Part shown: in pieces, positions 55,237 through 63,111 of the stretch | Layout: each line of letters begins with the position of its first letter | How positions within the stretch are numbered: the stretch's first letter is position 1 | DNA from: an uncultured Treponemataceae bacterium | GTDB lineage: Bacteria > Spirochaetota > Spirochaetia > Treponematales > UBA12059 | NCBI GenBank assembly: GCA_964630305.1 | Contig: CAZVTR010000001.1 | Span: 62,901 to 126,900 of the forward strand | DNA: 64,000 nt | Reading direction: 5' to 3' | Program-made: the position numbers and the translations under genes | Notes under the pieces: generated by a model | What the model was told of the DNA's origin: nothing | Seen by the model: the letters and a program-made list of their open reading frames with translations, nothing else | Databases searched by the model: none

Positions 55237-56106
55237 ATGGAAGATCAAGCACAGCAATTACGAGAGTTAGTTAGAAATCGGGCAGCTTCGGGTCCGTCTC
55301 CACTTAAAAAAACGAGAATTATTACTGTGGCTAGCGGCAAAGGCGGCGTGGGTAAAACAAATCTATCGGTAAATCTTGCCATAGCCTATGCTAAACTTGG
55401 CAAACGGGTAATTGTAATGGATGCGGATCTTGGACTTGCAAATGTCAATATTATGCTCAATATTATTCCAAAACATAATCTCTATCATGTCATACGCCGC
55501 CAGAAAACAATGCGGGAGATTCTTCTTGATACCGATTATGGAATACAAATTCTTGCTGGGGCTTCAGGGTTTTCAAAAATTGCAAATTTGACCGATGAAG
55601 AACGGCATAATTTTATCAATGAATTGTATACCCTTTCGAGTGCAGATATAATCATTATCGATACTAGCGCCGGTGTATCAAACAATGTGTTGTCGTTTAT
55701 CGCGGCAGCTGATGACGCCATCATTATTACCACTCCAGAACCAACTGCAATTACAGATGCATACGGAATTATCAAAATTATTGCAACAGAAGTAGAAAAT
55801 ATTAATTTTAGTTTAAAGCTCGTTGTCAATAGGGTAAAATCAGTTGCAGATGGAAGAAAAGTTGCAGAACGGATTATCAACATTTCTGGTCAGTTCCTGA
55901 ATATAAAAGTTGAGTATCTTGGCTGTATTTATGAAGATGCAACTGTTTCGACATCAGTGCTTAGGCAAAAGCCTTTTATGGTTGCAGATCCTAAATCAAA
56001 AGCGGCAGTATCAGTTCAGCATCTTGTCAGTAAAATTGAGAAAACTGATTTTAGCGATGAACCAGGTATTGCACGGCTTATTAAGAAGCTTTTTGGAAAT
56101 GAGTAA
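55237..56106 (+). CDS. flhG: MinD/ParA-type ATPase FlhG (YlxH/FleN)
   Basis: 289 aa. Deviant Walker A ASGKGGVGKTN and DADLGLANV. Follows flhF. Confidence 0.9.
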   Translation: MEDQAQQLRELVRNRAASGPSPLKKTRIITVASGKGGVGKTNLSVNLAIAYAKLGKRVIVMDADLGLANVNIMLNIIPKHNLYHVIRRQKTMREILLDTDYGIQILAGASGFSKIANLTDEERHNFINELYTLSSADIIIIDTSAGVSNNVLSFIAAADDAIIITTPEPTAITDAYGIIKIIATEVENINFSLKLVVNRVKSVADGRKVAERIINISGQFLNIKVEYLGCIYEDATVSTSVLRQKPFMVADPKSKAAVSVQHLVSKIEKTDFSDEPGIARLIKKLFGNE

Positions 56107-56114
56107 TTTTATTC

Positions 56115-56142
56115 TTGACTATTCATACAGGAATACCATAAT
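56115..56142 (+). promoter_or_regulatory. sigma70-like promoter in the flhG-orf gap (TTGACT-N16-CATAAT)
   Basis: TTGACT 56115..56120 and CATAAT 56137..56142. GAGGG SD at 56154..56158 and a GTG start at 56166. Confidence 0.4.
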
Positions 56143-56165
56143 CTGTAAGAAGTGAGGGTTAAATA

Positions 56166-56813
56166 GTGCAAAGGCCAGTGGGCAGCGACAGTAATGAAAG
56201 AACACTCTTGATAATTGCCGCATGTGCTGGGTTTTTGCTCTCTTTTTTTGTTGGAGTTTTTTCCGGTAATGCTTTTGGTGATATACTGTTTCGTGCATTG
56301 TTTTTCGCACTCGTATTTACCGGTATTATGTATGGAATTTTGTTTCTTTTGGCAAAATTGTTAGAAGATACTGCTGCTGAAAATGTTGAGCAGTATCCAG
56401 AGGGTACAGGAGAAACCGTAAATATTGTCCTTCCTGAAGAATCGCTCATGCCTCAAGAGACTTCGGCCCCTGTTGTTGACGATTCTGGAATTTCTGAGGA
56501 CTTAGAGAAAGAAATTGAACTTGTTAAAAACGAGCAGCTTGTACAGACAGGTACAGAGCGAGTACAGGTAAATCATGGACCGATTGCAAAGCCTCTCGTC
56601 ACGCAGGATGATCTCGATGTACTGCCGGATATTGACAGCATGAGTGATGTCTTTGCAGATATTGCAGAATCCGATGCTGACCATCAGGAGAATCCGCCAA
56701 TAAATTATTCCAGTACCACAGTACATACACCCGTTTATGATAAAGAAAGCCCTGAAATAATTGCAAGGGCTGTTCAAACTTTGTTACGACAAGATGGGAA
56801 GGGAAATAGTTAA
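56166..56813 (+). CDS. hypothetical membrane protein with acidic C-terminal region (flagellar-cluster-associated)
   Basis: 215 aa, GTG start. Hydrophobic N-terminal ~75 aa (LLIIAACAGFLLSFFVGVF, FRALFFALVFTGIMYGILFLLA), then a D/E-rich region. The stop overlaps the fliA ATG (TAATG). No family recognised. Confidence 0.5.
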   Translation: MQRPVGSDSNERTLLIIAACAGFLLSFFVGVFSGNAFGDILFRALFFALVFTGIMYGILFLLAKLLEDTAAENVEQYPEGTGETVNIVLPEESLMPQETSAPVVDDSGISEDLEKEIELVKNEQLVQTGTERVQVNHGPIAKPLVTQDDLDVLPDIDSMSDVFADIAESDADHQENPPINYSSTTVHTPVYDKESPEIIARAVQTLLRQDGKGNS

Positions 56814-57601
56814 TGATTATCAGTGAACAACAACAAAAAACAGAAGATGAACTCTGGGTTGAATATAAAAAAACTCATGATACAAGACTTCGTGACCATT
56901 TTATAAAACAATATGCTCCGCTTGTAAAATATGTAGCTGGTAAGTTAGCTACCAATATGCCCCAATCTGTTGATTTTGATGATTTAATAAGTTTTGGCGT
57001 TTTTGGTCTTATTGATGCAATTGAAAAGTTCGATCCGGATAAGCATGTTAAATTCAAGACATATGCAGTAACTCGCATCCGCGGTGCAATTTTTGATGAA
57101 TTAAGAAACCTTGATTGGATTCCACGCTCAATCCGTCAGAAAAGCAGAGAGCTTGAAGATGCAATTGCACAGCTTGAGACCCGTCTTGGCCGATCTGCAA
57201 CTGATTCAGAAATCGCTCGAGCAATGGGAATATCAGAAGAAGAACTGGCACATATACTCTACAAAGTTTCCAATACTTCAATACTCTCGCTCAATGATGT
57301 TTGGTATACCAAAGATGAAAATGAAAAAATGTCTATTGCCGATAGTATTGAAAGTCCTCAGAGTCAAAATCCCGATTCTGTAATGGAACGGGAAGAAATT
57401 AAAAAAGTAATAGTAAATGCTATTCAAGAATTGCCAGATAATGAAAAAAAGGTTCTCGTGCTGTATTATTACGAAAACCTGACACTCCGAGAAATAGGCA
57501 AAGTGCTCGACGTTACAGAATCCCGAGTCAGCCAGCTCCACACAAAGGCTATACTGAGACTCAGGGCAAAACTGACACATCTTAAAAAGGGCATATTGTA
57601 A
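56813..57601 (+). CDS. fliA: flagellar RNA polymerase sigma factor (sigma28, FliA/WhiG/SigD family)
   Basis: 262 aa. Region 2 LISFGVFGLIDAIEKFDP and TYAVTRIRGAIFDELR. Region 4 HTH LTLREIGKVLDVTESRVSQLHTKAILRLR. Confidence 0.93.
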   Translation: MIISEQQQKTEDELWVEYKKTHDTRLRDHFIKQYAPLVKYVAGKLATNMPQSVDFDDLISFGVFGLIDAIEKFDPDKHVKFKTYAVTRIRGAIFDELRNLDWIPRSIRQKSRELEDAIAQLETRLGRSATDSEIARAMGISEEELAHILYKVSNTSILSLNDVWYTKDENEKMSIADSIESPQSQNPDSVMEREEIKKVIVNAIQELPDNEKKVLVLYYYENLTLREIGKVLDVTESRVSQLHTKAILRLRAKLTHLKKGIL

Positions 57602-59592
57602 TGGCTGGAAAGATAGGTCTTGAAGTTTTGCGTGAGCTCATGCGGCGTTACCTTGAGGAAGATGGCAGTAAACGATCTGTAGAAATTGAAGCACCGACAT
57701 TGGATGAAGCTCTTCAGAACGCAGCAATACAGCTTGATACGGTAGTAAGCAGACTTGAATACGATGTACTCCAAAAGGGGAAACCTGGTTTTGCAGGTTT
57801 TGGAAAAACACCATGGATAATTCGTGCATATGAGACAGGTTCTAAGAAACATATTGAACATGCTAAAAAAATTGAGTTTGAAACTGATACCGATTTTGCA
57901 ACGATAGCCGAAGAAGTTAAAATAATTGATAAAGATGGTCAGGTTTTTGTGCGACTTGCTCCAGAAGGTGCATTGCTAAAAGTTGTTCCGCCGCAAGGAA
58001 AAGGAAAGCATGTTACCGAAAAAATGGCTTTCGATAAGCTGCATGCCAGAGCAGTTAGACAGTATGATGAAAATCTTGTTAAGCAAGTTGTAAAAGATGA
58101 AACAGGGGAGTGGGTCCCCGTTGGTACCTTTGTGACTAACCCTGCTGCTGACAGCTACTTATCCGTTGATATGCAGCCAAATGAAATGGAAGCATATGTA
58201 ATTATATATCCGCCTCAACCGGGCGGTTGTGATCTTTCAAAAGAAATAATCATGTCTTATTTAAAGAATAATAATATTGTATTTGGAATAAAAGAAGATG
58301 TACTGCAAGATCTTGAGAACGAAGCAGTATATAAGACTCCTGTGCTTGTTGCAGAAGGAACTAAACCGCAAAATGGTACCGATGCTAGTATTACCTTTTT
58401 CTTTGAGACTGATAAAACAAAATTAAAAATTGAAGAGAAAGATAATAGGGTTGATTATAAAGAATTGCAAATGCTACAAAATGTGATTGAAGGTCAGCCG
58501 CTTGCAAAGAAAAATCCTCCCACAAAAGGTATTCCAGGAAGAACAATTACTGGAAAATACTTAGCAGCCAAAGACGGTAAAGATATTCCGCTTCCTCTTG
58601 GTAAAAATGTGCGAGTCGCTGACGATGGACTTACCATACTTGCAGAGGTTAATGGTGAAGCTACCTATATCAGTGGCAAAATTAATGTAGAGACTATTAC
58701 TGTCATTAATGAAGATATAGACCTTAAAACTGGTAATAAATTTTTTCTGGGCACAATAATTGTCAATGGCAATGTAGCTGATGGTTTTAAAGTTGAAGCA
58801 ACAGGAAACATTGAAATAAAAGGAAATGTTGGAAGCGCTCTAATTAGTGCAGAAGGGGATGTGATAGTTCATCAGGGAATTATTGGTAAAGGAAGCGGCA
58901 CCGTAAAAGCAGGTAAAAGTGTCTGGGCAAAATTTGTTGAAAATGCAACTATTGAAGCAGGCGACAGCGTTGTTGTAACTCAAAACATTGTAAATTCAGA
59001 AATAAAAGCCAATCGAAAAATTATATGCGTAGCAGGTAAACATGCTGCTATAATGGGCGGCAGATATATTGCTTGTGAAGAAATTGTTGCAAAAACAATT
59101 GGTGCTCCCAGTGGAGGTTCTGAGACTATACTTCAAGTTGGGATTGATCCTCAGGCAAAAGAAAAAATAGATGCACATGAAATACGACTTAAACAATTAG
59201 AGAAAACTATCGAAGATTTAGATAAGAATATTAAAACATTAACAGACTTAAAACGGCAAAAAAAGGAACTCTCAGAAGACAAAGAAGCATTATTAAAAGA
59301 AATGCAGTATAAACGCGAAGAAATTGCAACTGAAGAACGCGAAATACGGAATGAGTATAATGAGCTAGTTAATTACTTAAATAGTTTAAAACTAAAGGGG
59401 AAAATCAGCTGCACTGGAAAAATTTATTCATCGGTTCGTATTCAGATAAAAGATGTAGAAGAAGAAATAAAACACGAAGACAAAGGTGTAACATATTACC
59501 TTGAAGGCGGAAGAATAAAACGAAAGAAGTATGAAGAAGAAGAGGATGAGCTATTAAAAAAGGGGCCGCCAGATGCCTATAAAACCCATTGA
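57601..59592 (+). CDS. DUF342/FapA-family protein (flagellar assembly protein A-like)
   Basis: 663 aa. N-terminal Jag-N/FapA-N-like domain (VEIEAPTLDEALQNAAIQLDTVVSRLEYDVLQKGKPGFAGFGKTP). Glycine-punctuated beta-helix-like repeats (GNVADGFKVEATGNIEIKGNVGSALISAEGDVIVHQGIIG). C-terminal coiled coil. The ATG overlaps the fliA stop (TAATG). Confidence 0.7.
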   Translation: MAGKIGLEVLRELMRRYLEEDGSKRSVEIEAPTLDEALQNAAIQLDTVVSRLEYDVLQKGKPGFAGFGKTPWIIRAYETGSKKHIEHAKKIEFETDTDFATIAEEVKIIDKDGQVFVRLAPEGALLKVVPPQGKGKHVTEKMAFDKLHARAVRQYDENLVKQVVKDETGEWVPVGTFVTNPAADSYLSVDMQPNEMEAYVIIYPPQPGGCDLSKEIIMSYLKNNNIVFGIKEDVLQDLENEAVYKTPVLVAEGTKPQNGTDASITFFFETDKTKLKIEEKDNRVDYKELQMLQNVIEGQPLAKKNPPTKGIPGRTITGKYLAAKDGKDIPLPLGKNVRVADDGLTILAEVNGEATYISGKINVETITVINEDIDLKTGNKFFLGTIIVNGNVADGFKVEATGNIEIKGNVGSALISAEGDVIVHQGIIGKGSGTVKAGKSVWAKFVENATIEAGDSVVVTQNIVNSEIKANRKIICVAGKHAAIMGGRYIACEEIVAKTIGAPSGGSETILQVGIDPQAKEKIDAHEIRLKQLEKTIEDLDKNIKTLTDLKRQKKELSEDKEALLKEMQYKREEIATEEREIRNEYNELVNYLNSLKLKGKISCTGKIYSSVRIQIKDVEEEIKHEDKGVTYYLEGGRIKRKKYEEEEDELLKKGPPDAYKTH

Positions 59593-59914
59593 TCTTCAAG
59601 CTATGTATACGCAGCTCACGCAAGTTGGAAAAAATGAGGCACTTGCTAAGAGTACCGGTATAGTGCATGCTGAGCTTCAGCGAGAAATAGTTTCAAAAAA
59701 AAATGAAGAAAAAGCTAATGAGGTACATCTGCCTGAAGATGATATTGAAAACAATGCGGCAATAAAAATTGATGAACATACAGAAAGTGATAAAGGTTCG
59801 CATGAACAGAAACAAAAAAAAGAAAAAGAACAAGAGACATCTGAACCGGAAAAAAACAAACTAGATATAGCAGATGATCCTGATATAGGAAAAAATATAG
59901 ATTTATTAGGATAA
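59573..59914 (+). CDS. hypothetical small charged protein
   Basis: 113 aa (MPIKPIDLQAMYTQLTQVGKNEALAKS... then E/K/D-rich). Overlaps the 3' end of the DUF342 gene by 20 nt. No family recognised. Confidence 0.45.
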   Translation: MPIKPIDLQAMYTQLTQVGKNEALAKSTGIVHAELQREIVSKKNEEKANEVHLPEDDIENNAAIKIDEHTESDKGSHEQKQKKEKEQETSEPEKNKLDIADDPDIGKNIDLLG

Positions 59915-59916
59915 TT

Positions 59917-60489
59917 ATGAGCATAACAATTTTTACAGTGTTACAAATATTATTGTTTATTTTTATATATCTGTATTTGCGCTATATTAAGAAAACACTC
60001 TCTCAGCACGAAACTGCAAAAATACGAGAAGAGCTGAATTTATTATTAATTGAATTAAATCAAACAGCTGATAGAAATATTACTTTAATAGAAGATAGAA
60101 TTTCTACTTTAAAAAAGCTAGTAGAAGAAGCGGATAAAAGGATTCGTGTTCTCAATCAGGAAACATCAAGAAAAGTCGTTGAATCTACCATTTATAATCG
60201 ACTGGGTAAATTACGAGATGAAGCTTCTGCTAAACCAAATATTCAAACAAGTGAACCGCAAGTAAATCATGATCGAATAGATAATACTGACGGTACAGCT
60301 CCTGATAGAGAATCAGAAACAAGAGAAACAATACCTTTTATAAAATTAAGTCATCAAAATGTAACTAAAAATGAAATAAAAGAAAAAGTCATCAATTTAT
60401 ATAAACAAGGAATGGATAAAGAACTCATTGCAAATCGATTAGGAATATCATTATCGGAAGTTGAATTGGTTATTGACCTCTATCAATAA
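59917..60489 (+). CDS. hypothetical single-pass membrane protein with coiled coil and C-terminal HTH-like motif
   Basis: 190 aa. N-terminal TM (ITIFTVLQILLFIFIYLYL), a coiled coil (LLIELNQTADRNITLIEDRISTLKKLVEEADKRIRVL), and C-terminal GMDKELIANRLGISLSEVELVIDLYQ. Starts 2 nt after the preceding stop. Confidence 0.5.
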   Translation: MSITIFTVLQILLFIFIYLYLRYIKKTLSQHETAKIREELNLLLIELNQTADRNITLIEDRISTLKKLVEEADKRIRVLNQETSRKVVESTIYNRLGKLRDEASAKPNIQTSEPQVNHDRIDNTDGTAPDRESETRETIPFIKLSHQNVTKNEIKEKVINLYKQGMDKELIANRLGISLSEVELVIDLYQ

Positions 60490-60490
60490 G

Positions 60491-61867
60491 CTATTCTTCT
60501 GAAATTTTGGAAACATCGCTGTCATCTAAATTATATTCATTAATTTTCTGATACAGCGTTTTTCTGCCAATACCAAGCAATTCGGCTGTTTTGCTCTTGT
60601 TAAATTTATTGGCCATGAGTGTGTCGCGAATAATAATTTTTTCAGCTTCAGCTAGGCTGGTACCAAGTGGTATTCGTATAAATGGCTGTTCTGATGAGTT
60701 TCTGATTGATGGTGGTAAATCTTCAACGGTTATTATTGAATGTGTGGTCATTACAACAGCGCTTTCGATTACATTTCGCAATTCGCGAATATTACCTGGC
60801 CATGGATATGAAAATAATAAAGCACGCGCACTGGGTTCAAAACCATGAATCTTTTTTTTATTTTCTTTGCAAAACTCTTCTAAAAAAGCCTGAGCAAGCA
60901 TTGGTATATCATCTTTGCGTTCACGGAGCGGAGGCACATGGATATTCACGACATTAAGCCGGTAGTAAAGGTCTTCACGAAATCTGCCAGCTTCAACTTC
61001 TTTTTTTAGATCTTTGTTTGTTGCTGCTATGATTCGTACATCTACCTCAATCGTTTGTTCCCCGCCTATACGTTCAAACTTTTTTTCCTGTATTACTCGA
61101 AGCAGTTTTATCTGGATGTTTTGGTTGATTTCTCCAATTTCATCCAGAAACAGCGTTCCCTCGTGTGCCAGCTCAAAACGGCCGCGTTTTCTATTGATTG
61201 CACCGGTAAAAGCTCCTTTTTCATAACCAAAGAGCTCACTTTCTAGTAATGCTTCAGGGAGAGCAGCACAGTGAACTTTAATAAGCGGTTTATCACTGCG
61301 GTTAGAGAGTTCGTGAATAGAATCGGCTATTACTTCTTTGCCGACGCCGCTTTCTCCTGTAATAAGCACATTGGCTCGAGTAGGTGCAGCGCGATTTACT
61401 GCATTCATTACTTCATGCATCGAAGAGCTTTTACCAATAAGGAGTTTGGATACTTTTGTCTTAGCTAGTTCTTGTGAAAGCTCTGAATTTTTTCTGCTTA
61501 GCTCCTGACGTTCGAGAGCGCGCTGAATGAGCATTACAAGATGCTCTAGATTAAGAGGTTTTGAGATAAAATCAAAAGCTCCTATCCGCATTGCTTGTAC
61601 CGCATCTTCTACGGTACCATGACCAGTGAGAATAATAACAGGCATAGTAGGAAAATGAGAAACCACATAATTGAGTACTTCCATTCCATTGACATTGGGC
61701 ATTTTTAAATCAGTTATTACAAGATCTACAGAACCTTTATTAATTACGGCAATGGCTTCTTTGCCGTCTTCTGCGGTAATTGTTTCATAACCTTCCGCTT
61801 CAAGATATTCTGCAATACCATTGCGAATGTTTTTTTCATCATCAGCAATTAAAATTGTATATTTCAT
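60491..61867 (-). CDS. sigma54-dependent response regulator (NtrC family; Rrp2-like)
   Basis: 458 aa. Receiver (ILIADDEKNIRN...VDLVITDLKMP). AAA+ domain with GESGVGKE and the sigma54-contact loop GAFTGA (YEKGAFTGA). C-terminal Fis-type HTH (KSKTAELLGIGRKTLYQKI). Confidence 0.92.
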   Translation of the reverse strand: MKYTILIADDEKNIRNGIAEYLEAEGYETITAEDGKEAIAVINKGSVDLVITDLKMPNVNGMEVLNYVVSHFPTMPVIILTGHGTVEDAVQAMRIGAFDFISKPLNLEHLVMLIQRALERQELSRKNSELSQELAKTKVSKLLIGKSSSMHEVMNAVNRAAPTRANVLITGESGVGKEVIADSIHELSNRSDKPLIKVHCAALPEALLESELFGYEKGAFTGAINRKRGRFELAHEGTLFLDEIGEINQNIQIKLLRVIQEKKFERIGGEQTIEVDVRIIAATNKDLKKEVEAGRFREDLYYRLNVVNIHVPPLRERKDDIPMLAQAFLEEFCKENKKKIHGFEPSARALLFSYPWPGNIRELRNVIESAVVMTTHSIITVEDLPPSIRNSSEQPFIRIPLGTSLAEAEKIIIRDTLMANKFNKSKTAELLGIGRKTLYQKINEYNLDDSDVSKISEE

Positions 61868-63033
61868 ACATTTTCTCCATTACAGCATTTCCCGTGAATT
61901 AAATACAATTCATGTTGCGGTACAGGGAGAGTAATTATAAATTTTGTACCTTTCCCTGGTTCAGAAATAACAGAAATATCACCATTATGTTCTTTTATTA
62001 TTTTATATGTAAGCGTTAGCCCAAGCCCTGTTCCATTTTCTTTTGTTGTAAAATATGGTTCAAAAATTTTGTTGATGTATTCAGGTGGTATCCCATGCCC
62101 AGAATCTGCTATAATGAGCTGGATTCCTTCTTCTGAAATATCTGTTGCGACTAAAATATATCCATTGCTTTCTGTGGCAGCTATTGAGTTTTTAATAAGA
62201 TTGATAACTGCTTGTTTAATAAAGCGCCTATCCATAAATATCATTGGAATGTTTCTATTTAATAATACACGGAGTTCAATGCCGTTTTGTTCTACTTCCG
62301 GTCTAATAAAATCAACGATTTCCTGCAATAAGTCATTAAGATCATCACGAATGGGTTCAATGTTCATAGGTCGTACCGCAAAAAGAAAATCAACAACAAT
62401 TTTATTTAGTCTATCGATTTCTTCATCTATCACTTCAAGGTAGTTTTGTATTTTTTTATTAGCAGTATTTCCGAGAGCCTTCTTTAATAACTGCATATGA
62501 ATGCTCATTGCGCCTAGCGGATTTTTGATTTCATGTGCAACACCAGCAGCTAGAGTTGTAAGCGAAGCAAGGTTTTCTGCGCGTTTAAGCTTGGATTCGT
62601 TTTTTCGTTTTTCTGTCATATCTTCAGAGTAGATAATTGTACCTCGGATTTGTCCCCTTTGAACAAGCGGCATTACACTGACAGAAATAATGCGGTACTT
62701 ATTTTTTACTTCTACCGGGAAATCCCGTTCTATTATCGTTTCTTCCGCTGTAATTGTATTTTTTACAAAATTAGCGATTTCTCTATGTTTAATGTATTCC
62801 CAAACTGGTTGTGAGTAGACTTCAAAATATTCAAAAAGCAAAAACCGTTCTGCTGTTTTATTTGCAAATATAGGAATATTATCTGTATCACAGACAACAA
62901 TGCCTGAATGAATTGAGTCAAGCACAGCTTCAAGGTTGCTGTTTTCCCTTGCTATATCTAAAAGCAGCTGCTTTATTGCTTCTTTGTCAAGAAGATGAAC
63001 TTTTTCAAGTGCTTTTTCGATAAATCGCTGCAT
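61864..63033 (-). CDS. cytoplasmic PAS sensor histidine kinase (Hpk2-like)
   Basis: 389 aa, no TM. PAS-like N-half, H-box AAGVAHEIKNPLGAM, and HATPase motifs (NLIKNSIAAT, DSGHGIP, GTGLGLT). 4-nt overlap with the regulator gene. Confidence 0.9.
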   Translation of the reverse strand: MQRFIEKALEKVHLLDKEAIKQLLLDIARENSNLEAVLDSIHSGIVVCDTDNIPIFANKTAERFLLFEYFEVYSQPVWEYIKHREIANFVKNTITAEETIIERDFPVEVKNKYRIISVSVMPLVQRGQIRGTIIYSEDMTEKRKNESKLKRAENLASLTTLAAGVAHEIKNPLGAMSIHMQLLKKALGNTANKKIQNYLEVIDEEIDRLNKIVVDFLFAVRPMNIEPIRDDLNDLLQEIVDFIRPEVEQNGIELRVLLNRNIPMIFMDRRFIKQAVINLIKNSIAATESNGYILVATDISEEGIQLIIADSGHGIPPEYINKIFEPYFTTKENGTGLGLTLTYKIIKEHNGDISVISEPGKGTKFIITLPVPQHELYLIHGKCCNGENV

Positions 63034-63048
63034 AACTATCTCGCATTA

Positions 63049-63076
63049 AATATACTGAGAGATTATAAAAAATCAA
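63049..63076 (-). promoter_or_regulatory. sigma70-like promoter candidate for the kinase/regulator operon (TTGATT-N16-TATATT on the minus strand)
   Basis: On the minus strand, TTGATT is the complement of 63071..63076 and TATATT is the complement of 63049..63054. This leaves only ~9-15 nt to ATG 63033. Confidence 0.3.
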
Positions 63077-63111
63077 TAGAACTGTATAGAACCGTTCTGT
63101 GCAACATGCAT

